From: Azolla caroliniana
Lineage: Eukaryota; Plantae; Polypodiophyta
DNA: 64,000 bases
Assembly (NCBI GenBank): GCA_043228905.1
Contig: JBHGNT010000009.1
Location: 5,828,001-5,892,000, forward strand
Direction: 5' to 3'
The notes below the pieces were generated by a model, which did no database searches, was not told the origin of the DNA, and saw only the letters and a list, made by a program, of their open reading frames with translations. The number at the start of each line of letters is the position of its first letter. Positions within the stretch are counted from its first letter, which is position 1. Position numbers and translations under genes: made by a program. This document shows positions 1 through 13,077 of this stretch, piece by piece.

Positions 1-53
1 AAAAGATGTGGCACTATTAAATGATGAGTCATGTTTACTCTCCTGTCGCTCAA

Positions 54-3000
54 TCATACGACAAAGTCATGACGAAGCATATGAGTGCTAAAAGGTTTCC
101 GATTTTGAAGACCCAGAGACTCAAAGCTATTATCATTCATATTGTAGTAGTCCACAGACCCAACATTGGTACCACTTTCTTCTTGTCTATTTGTTGGCAC
201 ATGTGCGTGATCTTGACCATAAGAACCTGAGAAAGATGTCTTTCCTTCACAGTGTTGCAAACCTAAAGTGAGAGAAATTCCACCATTTCCACCCGGATAA
301 CTACCCGGGAAGCTATCCTGTGAATACCTGTTCAATGGATTGATCGGATATGACCCATATGAAGCAATGTTCAAATGGTCACTTTGCATATATCCATTCT
401 GACCTGTAGCCGAAGTCTCTCTGTACTCTTCATCAGTGGTTCGGACCTTCATCTCATGTTCGAGACCTTCATCGGCATTACTGACTCCTCCATTGTTCAA
501 ACCGGGGGATAACAAGGATGATGCATCTTGAAGCACGTGTTTGTTGTTCATTACTCCTTGTCTTATTATGCCTTCCTTGTCATGGAATAGAAGGTTAACA
601 AGCGAGGACGATCCGTCTAGATTTTTACCTTGTAGCATATCAACTGCAGGATAGCTTGATAACTCCTTTCCTTCATCATGGTGGTTTTCGCATGATATTT
701 TCGCTTGTTTAGGAGGTTTATTCATTTCACTAGTTGTCATACTTTGACTGCCCTCTCCTTCATCTCCAACTGATCTATCTGCTCCTTCAGCTTCAGCTTC
801 TTTTGTTTCTTCCAAATACATCTCTTCTACCATTGGTTTCCATAGCCGGACTCGAGCATTGATAAACCAGTTGCTTACCTACAAGTTCAATCAAAACCAA
901 TTAAGGATGCATTTTTGTAATTTGCATTCTTAACTTAATGCTCACATCTACCTATTACGTTTTGAGTTCCTCAAAAATAAAGACACCAAATCACATCTTG
1001 TTTCTAGGTTGTTAATTTCTATGTGGGGTTAATAAGTCTAAATTCAGACTAAAAACTTGAGATTCATATACCCAACATTTAGGTTTTTATATCCACAAAA
1101 AAATAATGAAATGTAACTGTCCTTAGACCTTACAAACTGACCTGATTGCGTGAAAGACCAGTCTGCCGGGCAAGCAATATCTTATCAGCATCTTTTGGAT
1201 AACTGTTATCATCATAAAAAAAACAAATCTTATAAGCATAATGTGATCCATAAAATATATAACTGATTGTCCTTTCCAAATGCATGCATGCTTGGTCTGC
1301 TAGCCAACCTGCCAAACTATGTGGCACCCCATTACCCAAAGTCCTAGTGCGTGAGATTCCCTAATAGGTTGATGGTGGTGTTTATCACCACTAGGATTGT
1401 TATTTTTGTTCTTTGATTATATTATTTTAATTTTTCTATTTTACCAAGAGGTCTGTCAGGGGTCAACCCCAAATTGATGAATATTCCCCCATTTTTTAAT
1501 AGGATGTCAGATCAGGGTCACATCTATCAACAGATAAGAGGGTATCCTGCTCTAGGTATCCTCAGAGTTATCACCTCTGACCATTGGCCTAAATAAAGGG
1601 TATTTTCTCTAAAAAGAGATGATTGAGCGACATAATATGATCCATAAAACATAATCAATACTTCATCGTCATTTTCAAAATTCCACATCAGGGCCCTTTG
1701 TCCCAATGAAAAGATGGAATGAGATAGTGTGATCCTAAAAACATAATCCTTCACCATCATTTCCAAATTCCACATCATGCCCCTTATTTTCTCGAAATTA
1801 TGGCATGGAACATCTGGTCAAGGTGAGACATACGGAAAGAGGGAATCGAAAAGAGATAATTTAATTTATTCCAACAATATCAAACCTGCGAAATGTACTC
1901 AGTACCACAAAAAGAGGAGACTTACGGGTTGAGAAAGTTCTCAAAAAGCCAAGCGCGAAGGATAGAAACAGAGTGTTCAGGCAGACCGCGCTGAGGCCGC
2001 CATGCTTGTTGCTGCATCATACCAAGCTGCCGTAACGCACGTTGTTGGCGAAGTTGTTGACCGATAAGTCTCAATTTCGATGTCTCTCCCTTCACGAGCC
2101 CCCCTGACACATCTTCATCTCCAAGTGCTTTACACGCCAACTCAATCTGGCGAGTGATAGCATCTCGAAGGCATCGGAAATGTTTCGATATCGTTTGAAG
2201 TGCAAGGCATGTGTATGCCGTGGCTGCACCCAAACCCCCAGTAGATTCAAATGATGCCACGACTGCTTGCATTTGATGGTAGTATTGTTTGTATCTCCTA
2301 TCCACCTATACACACATTTAAATGAATCCAGAACAGGAAAAGAGCCAAAATTAATAATAAAACACAATTTTCCTCGCTAGATTGAGTTCCATATGATATT
2401 GGTAAGTGAGCAAACAATTCATTGTAAAGAAGCTCGCAATTTGTACAGCATGTCAAAGTCCATAAGCTAACTATTTTAATTGAACAAATAAATCTGCTAG
2501 GAAAAACACAATTTTTTATGCAAGATATAAGAAGTAAATATCAAATTGTATGATATATCAAGCTCCTTTAGCTAGAAAACTTTCAGTTGTTTATGGAATA
2601 TCAAAATCATGAAAAAACTTGTAAGGGTATGGTATATCAAGCTCCATAATTTAGAAAACATCAAGTTGTATATGGCATAAAAATCTGCATAAGCTACAAA
2701 AAATCAATTTATATAGCATATCAAACTCCGTAACCATGAAAACCTCAAATTGCATGACATATCAAGCCCCATAATATAGAAAACCTCATGTTTTATGTCA
2801 TATGAAGCTTCCTAAGCTAGAAAACCTCAAATTTGATGGGTGTCAAATTCCATTAGCTAGAAATCATAAAACAAGCTCTATAAGCTAACAGTTGTCATTT
2901 AGAAAACAGACAATGAGGAGGGAAACAAAAAACTGTACATCATCGATAAAGAGGGGGGGATACTCCATACAGATATTTTTCTTAAGAAAACAAATAAAAG

Positions 3001-4674
3001 TAAAGAAACCATATCTATTGTACTTACCTCATCTCGCATCCCTATAAGCTTTGCTCTCTTTGCTTGAAGTTCCTGTCGTTCTGTTGATGTGAGTTCAACA
3101 TTTTCTAGTGTTGTCTTTTCGGAAATACCCATTGTCTGAATAGGGAGCGCGGTGGCAATAGAATCTCCTTCCCTCTTACCACTCCAGCTTATCATAGTCT
3201 TATCAGAAACATCTGATAAACAATTATCTCTGGAGAAAGTGTCATCATTCATTATCGATGACGTCTGCGTCATCCAAGACCTCTTCAAAGAATTATTGCT
3301 ATTGTTGTTGTCATTGTTATTGCTCTTCACGGGTTTTCCCACATTAACCACTTCATTCAACAAATCTTGTGCTGGCTTGAGATACTTCGATTGATAGGTT
3401 CCGACAATGAAATGGCTTCCAAACATGTTGATTTGCCTACTATTATTATCCACATTATTGGGCGGTTGGATAGGGTAGCTTGCACCAAAATTATCACAGG
3501 ATGGGGATGTGAATGTGTTTGTAATGATACCATTACCATTACCAGCCCCAAGGGATTTATGTGATACAATTCCTTCTTTGCAATCTGGAACCAAGCCATG
3601 GAAGAAACTTGAGGTTACATCTTGATGTTGCAACGGGAAAGCTTGCACTTGTTGACTCATTAAAGGTTGTTGTGGGGAGAGAGATAGAGAGAGGATTTGT
3701 CCTCCTCTTGAACCTTGTAGATTGTCGACAAGGTTAGGTGGAGAAAATAGTGATGAATTTTCATGAAACGGGTGGGAAGAAAGGCTCCGGGTGGCCGATC
3801 CATATGCAGACAAGTGTGAAGCCGGATCGGCCACTCGAGTGGCTATTGGAAGATTTCCTCCTCCTTCTTCATGACCTCCTCCTCCAGAAGGGAACAATGA
3901 GATTCCATTCACACCTGCCCAATTGTTGTATAGATGACTAGTTTGTGGCATACATGAATTTTGGTGATCTGTATTTGGCACAGACATCACTTGGTGAGGT
4001 TGATGAGGTAAAGGCAAAGCTGATGAATTTAGGGATCCAAGGAAACTTTGATGTTGTTGATGTTGTTGATGTTGTTGTAGATGGTGTTGGTGTTGGTGTT
4101 GGTGTTGGTGTTGGTGTTGGTGTTGATTAGAGTTACCAAATGAGTTGATATGGACACCACCAAGAGAACCACCGTTTGTGGAAAGAAGCATGGCATTCTG
4201 ATTGGGTGGGTTTCCATATCCACTATTATAAGTAGTACCTTGATCCATGAGGTAAAGTGTTTGCAGAGCTTCAGCTTGCGCATTTTTGGAGCTCGGTAGG
4301 TAGTTACTCGACATATTAGTTACAGAAGGGCTCTCTCTGGCAACTAAATCGGATAGTAGAAGAGACCCTCGGTTGACACTGGCGGGAGAAACGTCACGAA
4401 AGCTCTCGAAACGAGTGATTTGCTCAATGGAATTGTGGCCCCAGTTTTGTAAATTGCTGTTATTCTTTATAGATGTCACAGTGGATTGAGTAGAGAAATC
4501 ACTCTTACCTTCACCACTGTGAGTACCTTCAGCTTCTCTCCCAGATGATGTGTAGAGATTATTACTATTATTGTTGTTGTTATTGTCGTTATTTCTTCTA
4601 AACTGAGCTCCAGAAGGATGTGTTATGTCTTCATCCACAGAGTTCCAAAAGTGGAAAGTGCTTGCACGGCTCAT
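54..4674 (-). CDS. BLH: BEL1-like (BELL/BLH) TALE homeodomain transcription factor, 4 coding exons: 4674-3028, 2305-1926, 1202-1142, 878-54 (2913 nt, 970 aa)
   Basis: SKY box ([15 protein letters not shown]), BELL/POX domain ([16 protein letters not shown]...[12 protein letters not shown]), homeodomain [33 protein letters not shown]...[17 protein letters not shown] and C-terminal ISLTLGL motif. All introns are GT-AG and in frame, including the 61-nt third exon typical of BELL genes. Confidence 0.96.
2410..2888. repeat. Degenerate ~41-bp minisatellite in BELL intron 1
   Basis: About 10 diverged copies of ATATCAAGCTCCATAAGCTAGAAAACCTCAAATTGTATGGC-like units. Confidence 0.8.
4046..4125 (-). repeat. 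Coding (CACCAA)n / CAA-rich microsatellite encoding a His-Gln repeat in the BELL N-terminus
   Basis: (TGTTGG)n on the + strand; translation [26 protein letters not shown]. Confidence 0.9.
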
Positions 4675-5089
4675 ATGGTCTTCTTGTTTTCTTTCTTTTG
4701 GAAACTGCAGTTCTTTGGTACCAAAAGTGAGAAGAGAATGAATGAATGAATGGTCTTTTTAGATCTGAAATGAATGGTGCTTATACTGTTAAGCTTCCTT
4801 CTTCTTATATCATCTGCACATATAAAAGATAGCGATAGGATTGGAAGTTAGCAGACAAGATATATACACACAGGAATAATTGTCATTATCATTTCAATCT
4901 ATGTATACACAAATATAGATTTGAACTACGTTATGACTATTTTCAAGTATCCATTACTTATTTAGAATTATCAGGTGCTTACATGTTCAAACTTCATATA
5001 AAGATACAGAAAGCTATTAATTTTTTCTCTCTTCTTTCATGAAGATGAGGGTCTAGCAGAAAACTCTCTTCCTCTCAGAGCTTGAATTC

Positions 5090-5337
5090 TTCTCAGAGAG
5101 AAAGAGAGAGATAGACAGAGACAGAGACAGTACAGAGAGATTATGGTCCAATTCCCTATGTGTGTGTGTGTGTGTATGTGTGTATTGTTTCAAAGCTTGG
5201 TAAAAACTCAAGATTTTAATCTTTTATAGAGAGAGACAGAGAGAGAAGCAGGAAAGAAAGAAAGAATGGGATAATGGCCCAATTCCCTATATGCATAGAT
5301 AGATATGTATTGTATCAGAGTTTGGTTAAGCTTTGGG

Positions 5338-5371
<34 letters not shown>

Positions 5372-5385
5372 ATTATTGCCTATTG

Positions 5386-5417
<32 letters not shown>

Positions 5418-5960
5418 TGTGTAACATGAAATTTAGTGCTAGAAAGTAAGAAAGAAAGGAGGGAGGAGAAGGGTTGGAAGAAGAGAAAAGAAATGATGCG
5501 TTTTCCTTTTGTTTTATTATGCAGGAGGGGAGGGAAGCAGCCATGGAAAAGCTTGAGAGAGAGTTGTGTTTTGGGGAACACGAACCAAAACAAAAACAAA
5601 AAAAAATGTCTACCCATTAATATGTATGCGTAAGCTCAGGAATTTTTTCTTTCTTTGATAAAAATTTTATTTTTTGGGTTTTTTTACTTCTACTCTTCTG
5701 ACATTTTGTGTTGTGCGTCAGAATTAGTAATAATAGCGCTTGTAGGAGAGAGAATCAAGACACAGAGAGAGAGTGAGAGAGAGAGAGAGGCAGGGGCAGA
5801 GGCAGGGGCCAAACCTCTGTGGTTAGGAGTCCATTTTCCTGTTGTAAAAACACTGAACAGGGAAAGAGGAGGGGGAGAGCCATCATCACCATCTCCATCT
5901 CCATCTCCATAAGAAAGAAGAAGAAGAAAGAGGGGATGATGGTGTGGTAGTAGCAGTAGT

Positions 5961-5996
<36 letters not shown>

Positions 5997-6274
5997 AGGA
6001 TGGAGTTTTTAGATGTCTTCTGCAGACACCACAGACATATATTTATTTAATTATTTGATTTAATAAATTGCCCACTTTTTTCATCATCATCATCTTCTTC
6101 TTCTTCTTCTTCTTCTTCTTCTTTTTCTTCGAACACAAAAGAGATGGGGCATATCATGGATAGATGAGATAGATAGACAGATACATACATACACATACAT
6201 ACATACATGGCTGGATGGATGGATGGATGGATAGACAGAGCCCCCCCTCTAGAGAGAGAGAGAGAGAGAGAGAG

Positions 6275-6311
<37 letters not shown>

Positions 6312-6395
6312 CAGCAGCTTAGCTCTGTTGGGTTGCTTTCCAAGGAGAAAAACATGCCAATGGTGTGAGTGATTACAGTGACACCCCCAAACAAA

Positions 6396-6431
<36 letters not shown>

Positions 6432-6538
6432 TGTGTGTGTGTGTGTGTGTGTGTGTACACGTGTGTGTGTGTGTGAAAGCTCCTCTCTGTCTCTCTCTGT
6501 CTGTGTGGGTAGTTGAGAAGAAGAAGAAGAAGAAAAGA

Positions 6539-6617
<79 letters not shown>

Positions 6618-6620
6618 ACA
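5090..6620. repeat. Dense microsatellite block ((GA)n, (GT)n, (GAA)n, (GTA)n, (GATG)n, (CATA)n) in the BELL 5' UTR-intron/promoter region
   Basis: Visible arrays, e.g. (GA)n 5339-5360, 5969-5995, 6251-6277, 6400-6427 and (GT)n 6542-6614. A minus-strand acceptor TGCAG at 4814-4818 implies a 5' UTR intron. Confidence 0.9.
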
Positions 6621-7299
6621 AGAGAGAGGCCCTCTCTGTTTTTCTTCTATCCCCTGTTTCTCTTTCTTTGTTGGATGATATAAATGATAAAAATACCTCA
6701 CCCCCACCCAAAAGAAAACAGACAATACCATACATACATACATGCATGCATGCATAAATAGAAGGATTGGGACTCCCTTTTAAGTGACTTATGTACACAA
6801 AACACGGATTGCAATACGTCACAACTCGCATTCTCGGCCTCCCTCCCTCCATGCGATCGATTTTCACGAAGAAGCATTGGTGCTTTACGAGACACCCCCC
6901 CCCCTAGTTATGTAAACACACGCACCACCCTATGGTCGACTCTGGCCTAAGGTCAACAATAATGTTATGTGTCGATTGATGGGTGGATGTGTTTGCCCAC
7001 TAAATAAAAATAGGGGATGAATGGATGGATGGATTGTCGGCCTCGGGATGTTTTCCTAACTGATGTATCCCTCGTTCATTGCATGCTAGGTCCATGAGGC
7101 TTTTTGGTCATGTAGAGAGCAGATAGTCACTTGGTCCAACGTGCCACGAGACCTAGGCTTTATGAGCTTCTCCCATGCAAGGCAGGGCAAAGAGCACCAC
7201 CCACCACTCGCCGAAAGCTCATATCTTTGGAAAAAACAATGTGACGAGAATCGGATAGCGCACTCTACATTCAAGAAAAAAAAATGCTCGTGTGCCCCT

Positions 7300-10200
7300 C
7301 GTCGATTTGTGCTGTGAAATTTCTACCCTCGAATCTTTTTTTCAACCCTTTGGTTCGCATCTTGTTTTTCTTTAAACGGCTCTAAATTTGTCATATGAGG
7401 TGAACCTCTCCGAAGCTTGCTACCCTGCTGTAGGTGATGTTTACTTCTTTTCCTTTGTTGGTAAAGTGTGGTGAACAATGTGACAATATTAATCACTTCC
7501 CACATATGTGTATCTCAACAATAGTGGTAGCAAAAACAATAACCGGTCAATTTTAATGAGGGGATGGCACAACAACATTGTTTTTTCATCGAATTTAACT
7601 TGCACGTTCTCACCATTGATGATTTATACATCACATATTGTTGAGTAGTGTACAACTTGTCAAACCAAGAACAATCTTCATGATTTCATGTTTGTTCCAT
7701 TTGTGAAACATCAATTTTAGAGATAAGGTTGACCTGGTTAAGCTTTGAAATCTAGCTCGTGTAGTTGTGGTGACCAATCTTACCTAACTTCTCTTTGCAC
7801 TTCTTTTCAATGTAACCAACTTTCTTCGCGCAACTGCTTTTTTCTCTCTTGGCATCTCTTGTGCTTTGATAAAATGCATGGGCTTTAGATCATCTTCCTC
7901 CAATCAAATTTGGTTTCTCAATGATTGCATATGCAATGGCCTACATGACATTATTATGTTAAATGAGAGGATATGCTTCCCAATATATATGACAAGGTCT
8001 TGTAATACGGCCAATGATAAGGCATCTATGCTTCACATCACTAAGAGTAAATTGCATAAATGTTAATCCTTAAGCTTGACTTTAATAAGTAGATCTCAAA
8101 GAAATTTCGGCAATTTCTAGAAGTCATTTTTACCATAAGATAATCATGGGGCCATTTTACCTTTGTATCATCACATTGGACATATGATATTGCAAGTTAT
8201 TGTATTATTGCTTGATATGCGCCAATGTTTGTTTTGGAATTTGTCCCCTCTTGTTTCTCCTATGATTGGGACATAGTGGTTGCTTGTTTGGATACCTGTG
8301 ACTGCATTTTAGGCCATTCGAACATCATTAATTTGCATTCAAGGAAGAGTCTTGTCTACTACTGATAAGTTCAAACAAAATTAAAGAAACTTACAAGCAT
8401 ATCCTAGGATCCTTACCATTGTGAATTACTTTCTAAACTAAAATTTGCAACTCAACTTCGAAGGATAAAAAGCATGGAGATGAGCCAAGATAAAACACAA
8501 AGGCAATGTTGCATTTGAATATGAGTATGACGAAAAGTAGACGTTATTAATCACACAATCACCTCGATAAGCTCGGTTAATAATTTGATACCTCATTTGT
8601 TTGGATTTGTCCCTTCAAATAAAATGAATAGCTTATTATTGGTGTAATTACCTAACACAATTTGTTTAATAATTGACTTATCAAATCCATGAATCTCAAT
8701 TACTTAAAGAAATGGATGTAGTTAGTATGGTTGTTTTTAAAACTAGCTTTGCTTGTTTGAATTTCAAGTTTGCATATCAACTCTTGTTTTGAAGTTGTGA
8801 CAACTAGTCACCCTTAATAATTAAAACAATATCTTATCATGTTTGAGACTCTAAATTCTTTTATGGTTTTAAAAATCTGCAATTGAGATGGATCCATAGT
8901 CATAAACCTTGGAAAAGAGGGATGTGTGTGTATGATGAGAGTGTATGATGAGAGTGTTTCAATAATGACAGGATCTTCAGAGCCCATGATTCTTGCGTTG
9001 ATTATTACACAAATGAGCCCACTTCCATGTTGTATGTCCCTCTATTAGATATATTTCAAAACTTGAGAAATATCCTTTAAGGAACCTTGAGTATTCAATG
9101 GTCTTTTCTACGTGCAATTAAGTGCTCAACTTTCTACGAGTCAAGACCATTGTAATTTGCAGTTTGCTCCTAGAAAGCATGACCAGTTTACTATTGTGAG
9201 GTAAAAGTTTCTTACATCTTGATAATTGTTGTCTCGAGAAAAGAAGACATATGTAGGCAATGAATCCTTGTTTTTATTCACTTCCCACATAGATTAAATG
9301 TTGGTTTTACATTCTTTGACCTATCTAGTAAAAGAACATTGTGAATGAAAGTGACGATCATGTTATTATGAAATCGATGATCGTGACCCTCACTTGAAAT
9401 CAACAAATGATTGGCCAATGTTACTGAAACACCAAACAAAACACAAACACAATTTCCTATGCTTATTTTCATTCTATTCTATGAGGTTGTGCCAAAGAAC
9501 ATGACATGGACTCTTCAAGGAAAATTTAGACAATGATGTTGCCAATTTGACATGGATCTTTCAAACAACTATAGCTAAAAACAAAGCCAAGAAACACTCC
9601 AACACTCTAATGGAAGCACTCCATAAAATGTTTGCTCACTTTCTTTGGATTAACCTTAGATCATGTAAGTTGCTTAAACAATAATAGTCTAGCAAGTCAA
9701 GGTTGCAGGCCTATTGAATACAATGTTTTTCAAGAGGAAAAGTACATACACACACTTCTCTCTCTCCTTACGAAGTATATGATCATCGAGGATAGATTAT
9801 TGGAGGCACAAAGGATGAGCATTGGAGGATAGATTATTGGAGGATAGATTACCCCCCCCCCCCTCTCTCTCTCTCTATGTATGTATGTATGTATGTATGT
9901 GCATATGACACACCAAAAAAAAACATACCTTGATCTTTCCATTTTCACTAGACACTATATGTTGTTGTTGATCTTATCACTCCTCAGCTACAATTTCTAT
10001 GTTTATTGGATCCCCATAATCCATTAAGTATGAATTGACGATCCATGTGACATTTAACATAGCAATAACTTTGCAACCATATCTAGCATAATCTTGTTTA
10101 TTAGCAAATAAAAGTTCAATTGCTTTGTTTATAACAAAGAACACCACACAATTATTTGTAATATTTGATAGAGAAACCCAGTAAATAAATGTGGCGATAA

Positions 10201-11760
10201 GATATGCCATTATCCCCCCTTTTGTAATGGAAACGGTGAATAAGGTTCTCGACGAAAGGAAACTTATAGGTATGTACAAAACTTTGCATATATTAATCCA
10301 CAAAGGGTTCATTGATCTCTCAATGTTTGTAAAGTGAAGTCATCACATGACATGGTATGAGGCCATCAATTCTAACTTAAGACAAAATTGACATGGTGTC
10401 AGCTTTGAATATATAACCTCACATCCATTCATATATGCATACCGTAGTTATTGAAAGATTTTTAAGAGTTAAATTTGTTAGTTTTTGAGTACACTTGCTT
10501 AAATTTTATTAGTCGTGGAAAGTTTTCTTAGTTGTAACGATATTATCAGCTAGCAAAGCGTTTACTTACTACATATAAAATGAGAGGTATGTGTACACCC
10601 AAAAAGGATTCATTGGAAAAGGAGGGCAGTACAAACGAATCATAAATCAATTTCATGTTGCAGATGATCGGTCGTCCCTAAAGAAAAGGAGCTTTTGTTT
10701 ATGTGTTTTCGCAGGTCCCAATGTACAACACACGAAAAAAATGGTCTTATCATTTAAGAGTTGATGGATCGGATAAAGACATGCGCACTTTTAAATACAA
10801 GTTGTAACTTTATTTCTTGTAGTGTTGAAATTGAAGCCCGAGTCGAAAGTTTACAATTGTTAGCAATCGGTCATCGAGATATTCTTTAAAAAACAAGAAC
10901 TTGTGTGGTGCAAAATTGCACCCTTGTTTCCCAACAAAAAAGATAGGGAAGAAATCCAATGTTGATTGATGTGGCTAAATGTGACGGGGATTGTTCGTTT
11001 CTTCTAATCATAGTGTGTCCATGTCCTCCCCTTTCCATCTCTTAATATTTATACATATATAATATATGTATTCAATCCAAGTCCAAATTTAGTTTGTTGT
11101 GCCAAGTAGAAACGGTCACTAAAATGAGGTATCACATATTTAATTAGCTAATGGTATTGCCAACATTGGCATGAATCTTTGTTTATGTGCACAGTGCCAC
11201 TATAATCAGACAGTGCATATTTTATTAACGAATGGTGCTACAAACATTACCATGAATCTTTTATCAATCATTTTGTGTTTGTCCTAGAGGAAGCTCATTG
11301 TCAAAGCTCGGTTCATTTATCAAGACTCCTAAATTTGGAAAAGAGGTGTGCCTACCAAAGCTCTACTTCACATTCAAAGACCTACAACCTATGACTGACT
11401 TCATAAGTCTAGAGGCATACACATATATGGCAATGTTTGAATATTAAGGCCGGACACAAAATTCAACCAATGGACATGTTCTACAGTTGTGATGCCAGAA
11501 AGTTTGAACTCATATGGCCCAATGATGTGCTTTACTTTTTTTTGCCATAACCATGGGGTTGTCCACTTGTGTGTAAAGATGCAATAATTCACTAGCATAA
11601 ATGTTGACATTGATTTACTTCCTACACAATATAGTCTAGAGCTAAAATGACGTAAATGTATTTCTAGTTGAAGTTTACCCTCATGTTCTATTGAAGATTG
11701 AAACAAGGACTTGTAATAATCATTAACAATTGCATGGCACTTGGGCTAGAGAATTATTGA
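7300..11760 (-). mobile_element. Highly decayed DNA-transposon remnant, possibly a Mutator-like (MULE) transposase
   Basis: Minus-strand fragment YARYGCKVIAMLNVTWIVNSY (~10030-10090) resembles the MULE 'kYG..vi.lDaTy.tN.Y' motif; a possible degraded SWIM-like C(K)HC near 8510. Many stops; no TIR/TSD found; boundaries approximate. Confidence 0.3.
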
Positions 11761-12047
11761 GTTTTAATGAATGAAATCTTGGCTTAATATCATTCATTAC
11801 AGTAAGCATTCAATGAAATTGGCACTACAAAACTGTATTGGAAGAAAAGGAAGGAAGAAAGAGACCGGATACCTTTACCAGGTGAGTTTGGACAGTAGGC
11901 AGGGATTGGGGGGCCAAATGGGGTCCCATATATTAAGTATCGAATTGATGTTAAGTTTTCAAATATAATTCACATTTGGAATGTTAACTTTAAATGTGTT
12001 TCAATTCTTTGCCAGACATTAGCGAGTCTCGAGTGCACGGGTATTAC

Positions 12048-12082
<35 letters not shown>

Positions 12083-12785
12083 GCAAGTTCTAATAGTACA
12101 AAAGTCGAGCAAATAATGTTCGAGTCAAGAAGGTATCGCAAGAAAAATATCACGAAATGTCACCAACCATATATTTAAAGGATTCGGATTCGGTTGAAGT
12201 TGCAATCGACTACTAATGTACGACTCTTCCAAGTCAAGTTAATTCATTTTAAAATAAATAATAATAATTTAAAAACAGCTTATGGATGTCATAGACTTTT
12301 TATTTTCAGCCATTGCCGAGTTCTCGATGTATTGTTTCAAAGGCCATGTTCTTCACAAACTCTTTTAACAATCTCTTTAAATTCGAGAGTATTTGTTTAA
12401 TTTGGAGAAATTTTGATATATATTAAGTTCAGAGTCCTCAATGATATATGAGGAGGATGTGGTTTGAAAATAGCTCATCGTGGACCCCTTGTGAATATGC
12501 ATTATCATGAGGCGAGCCATAACCTTTCGTAAAGCAAAGCTATGAGTGCTAAGTCCATTACAATGTATACGACGTTACCCCTTAACTACATAGTTTTTTT
12601 TTCCTTCCTTTTTTCGGTTTTTTTCGCTTTCTTGCACTTTTATAATTTATTGTCTAGAAAACACGTCGACATGCACATGCGCACGCACATGTGTGTGCGT
12701 ACACACCATAGGGGGAAAACTTTGAAATAACCTTAGAAAGTCCTTAATTTTCCCAATTGTCATGACCAAACCTCTCTTGAACATA

Positions 12786-13035
12786 TTTTTACATGTTATT
12801 TGAGCTATATATTATCCATTCCTCTCAATTATATATACTATTTGAGCAATTACATAAACCATCCTTGCTAATTATATGGTCTAATTCTCCTCTCTCTCTC
12901 CTCTCTCTTTTTTGTAAATATTGGCTTTCATTACTTTTTTATATGTTATTTGAGCTATATATTGTCCATTCCTCTCAATTATATGTACTATTTGAGCAAT
13001 TACATAAACCGTTCTAACTAATTATATGGTCTAAT

Positions 13036-13073
<38 letters not shown>
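12786..13073. repeat. Tandem duplication of a ~150-bp unit ending in (CT)n
   Basis: TTTTTAYATGTTATTTGAGCTATATATT...AATTATATGGTCTAATTCTCCTCTCTC occurs at ~12786 and ~12936. Confidence 0.9.

Positions 13074-13077
<4 letters not shown>

Noticed and set aside
5315-6895. ORFs rich in HT, SL, CV or ER repeats
   Set aside because: These are translations of microsatellites.
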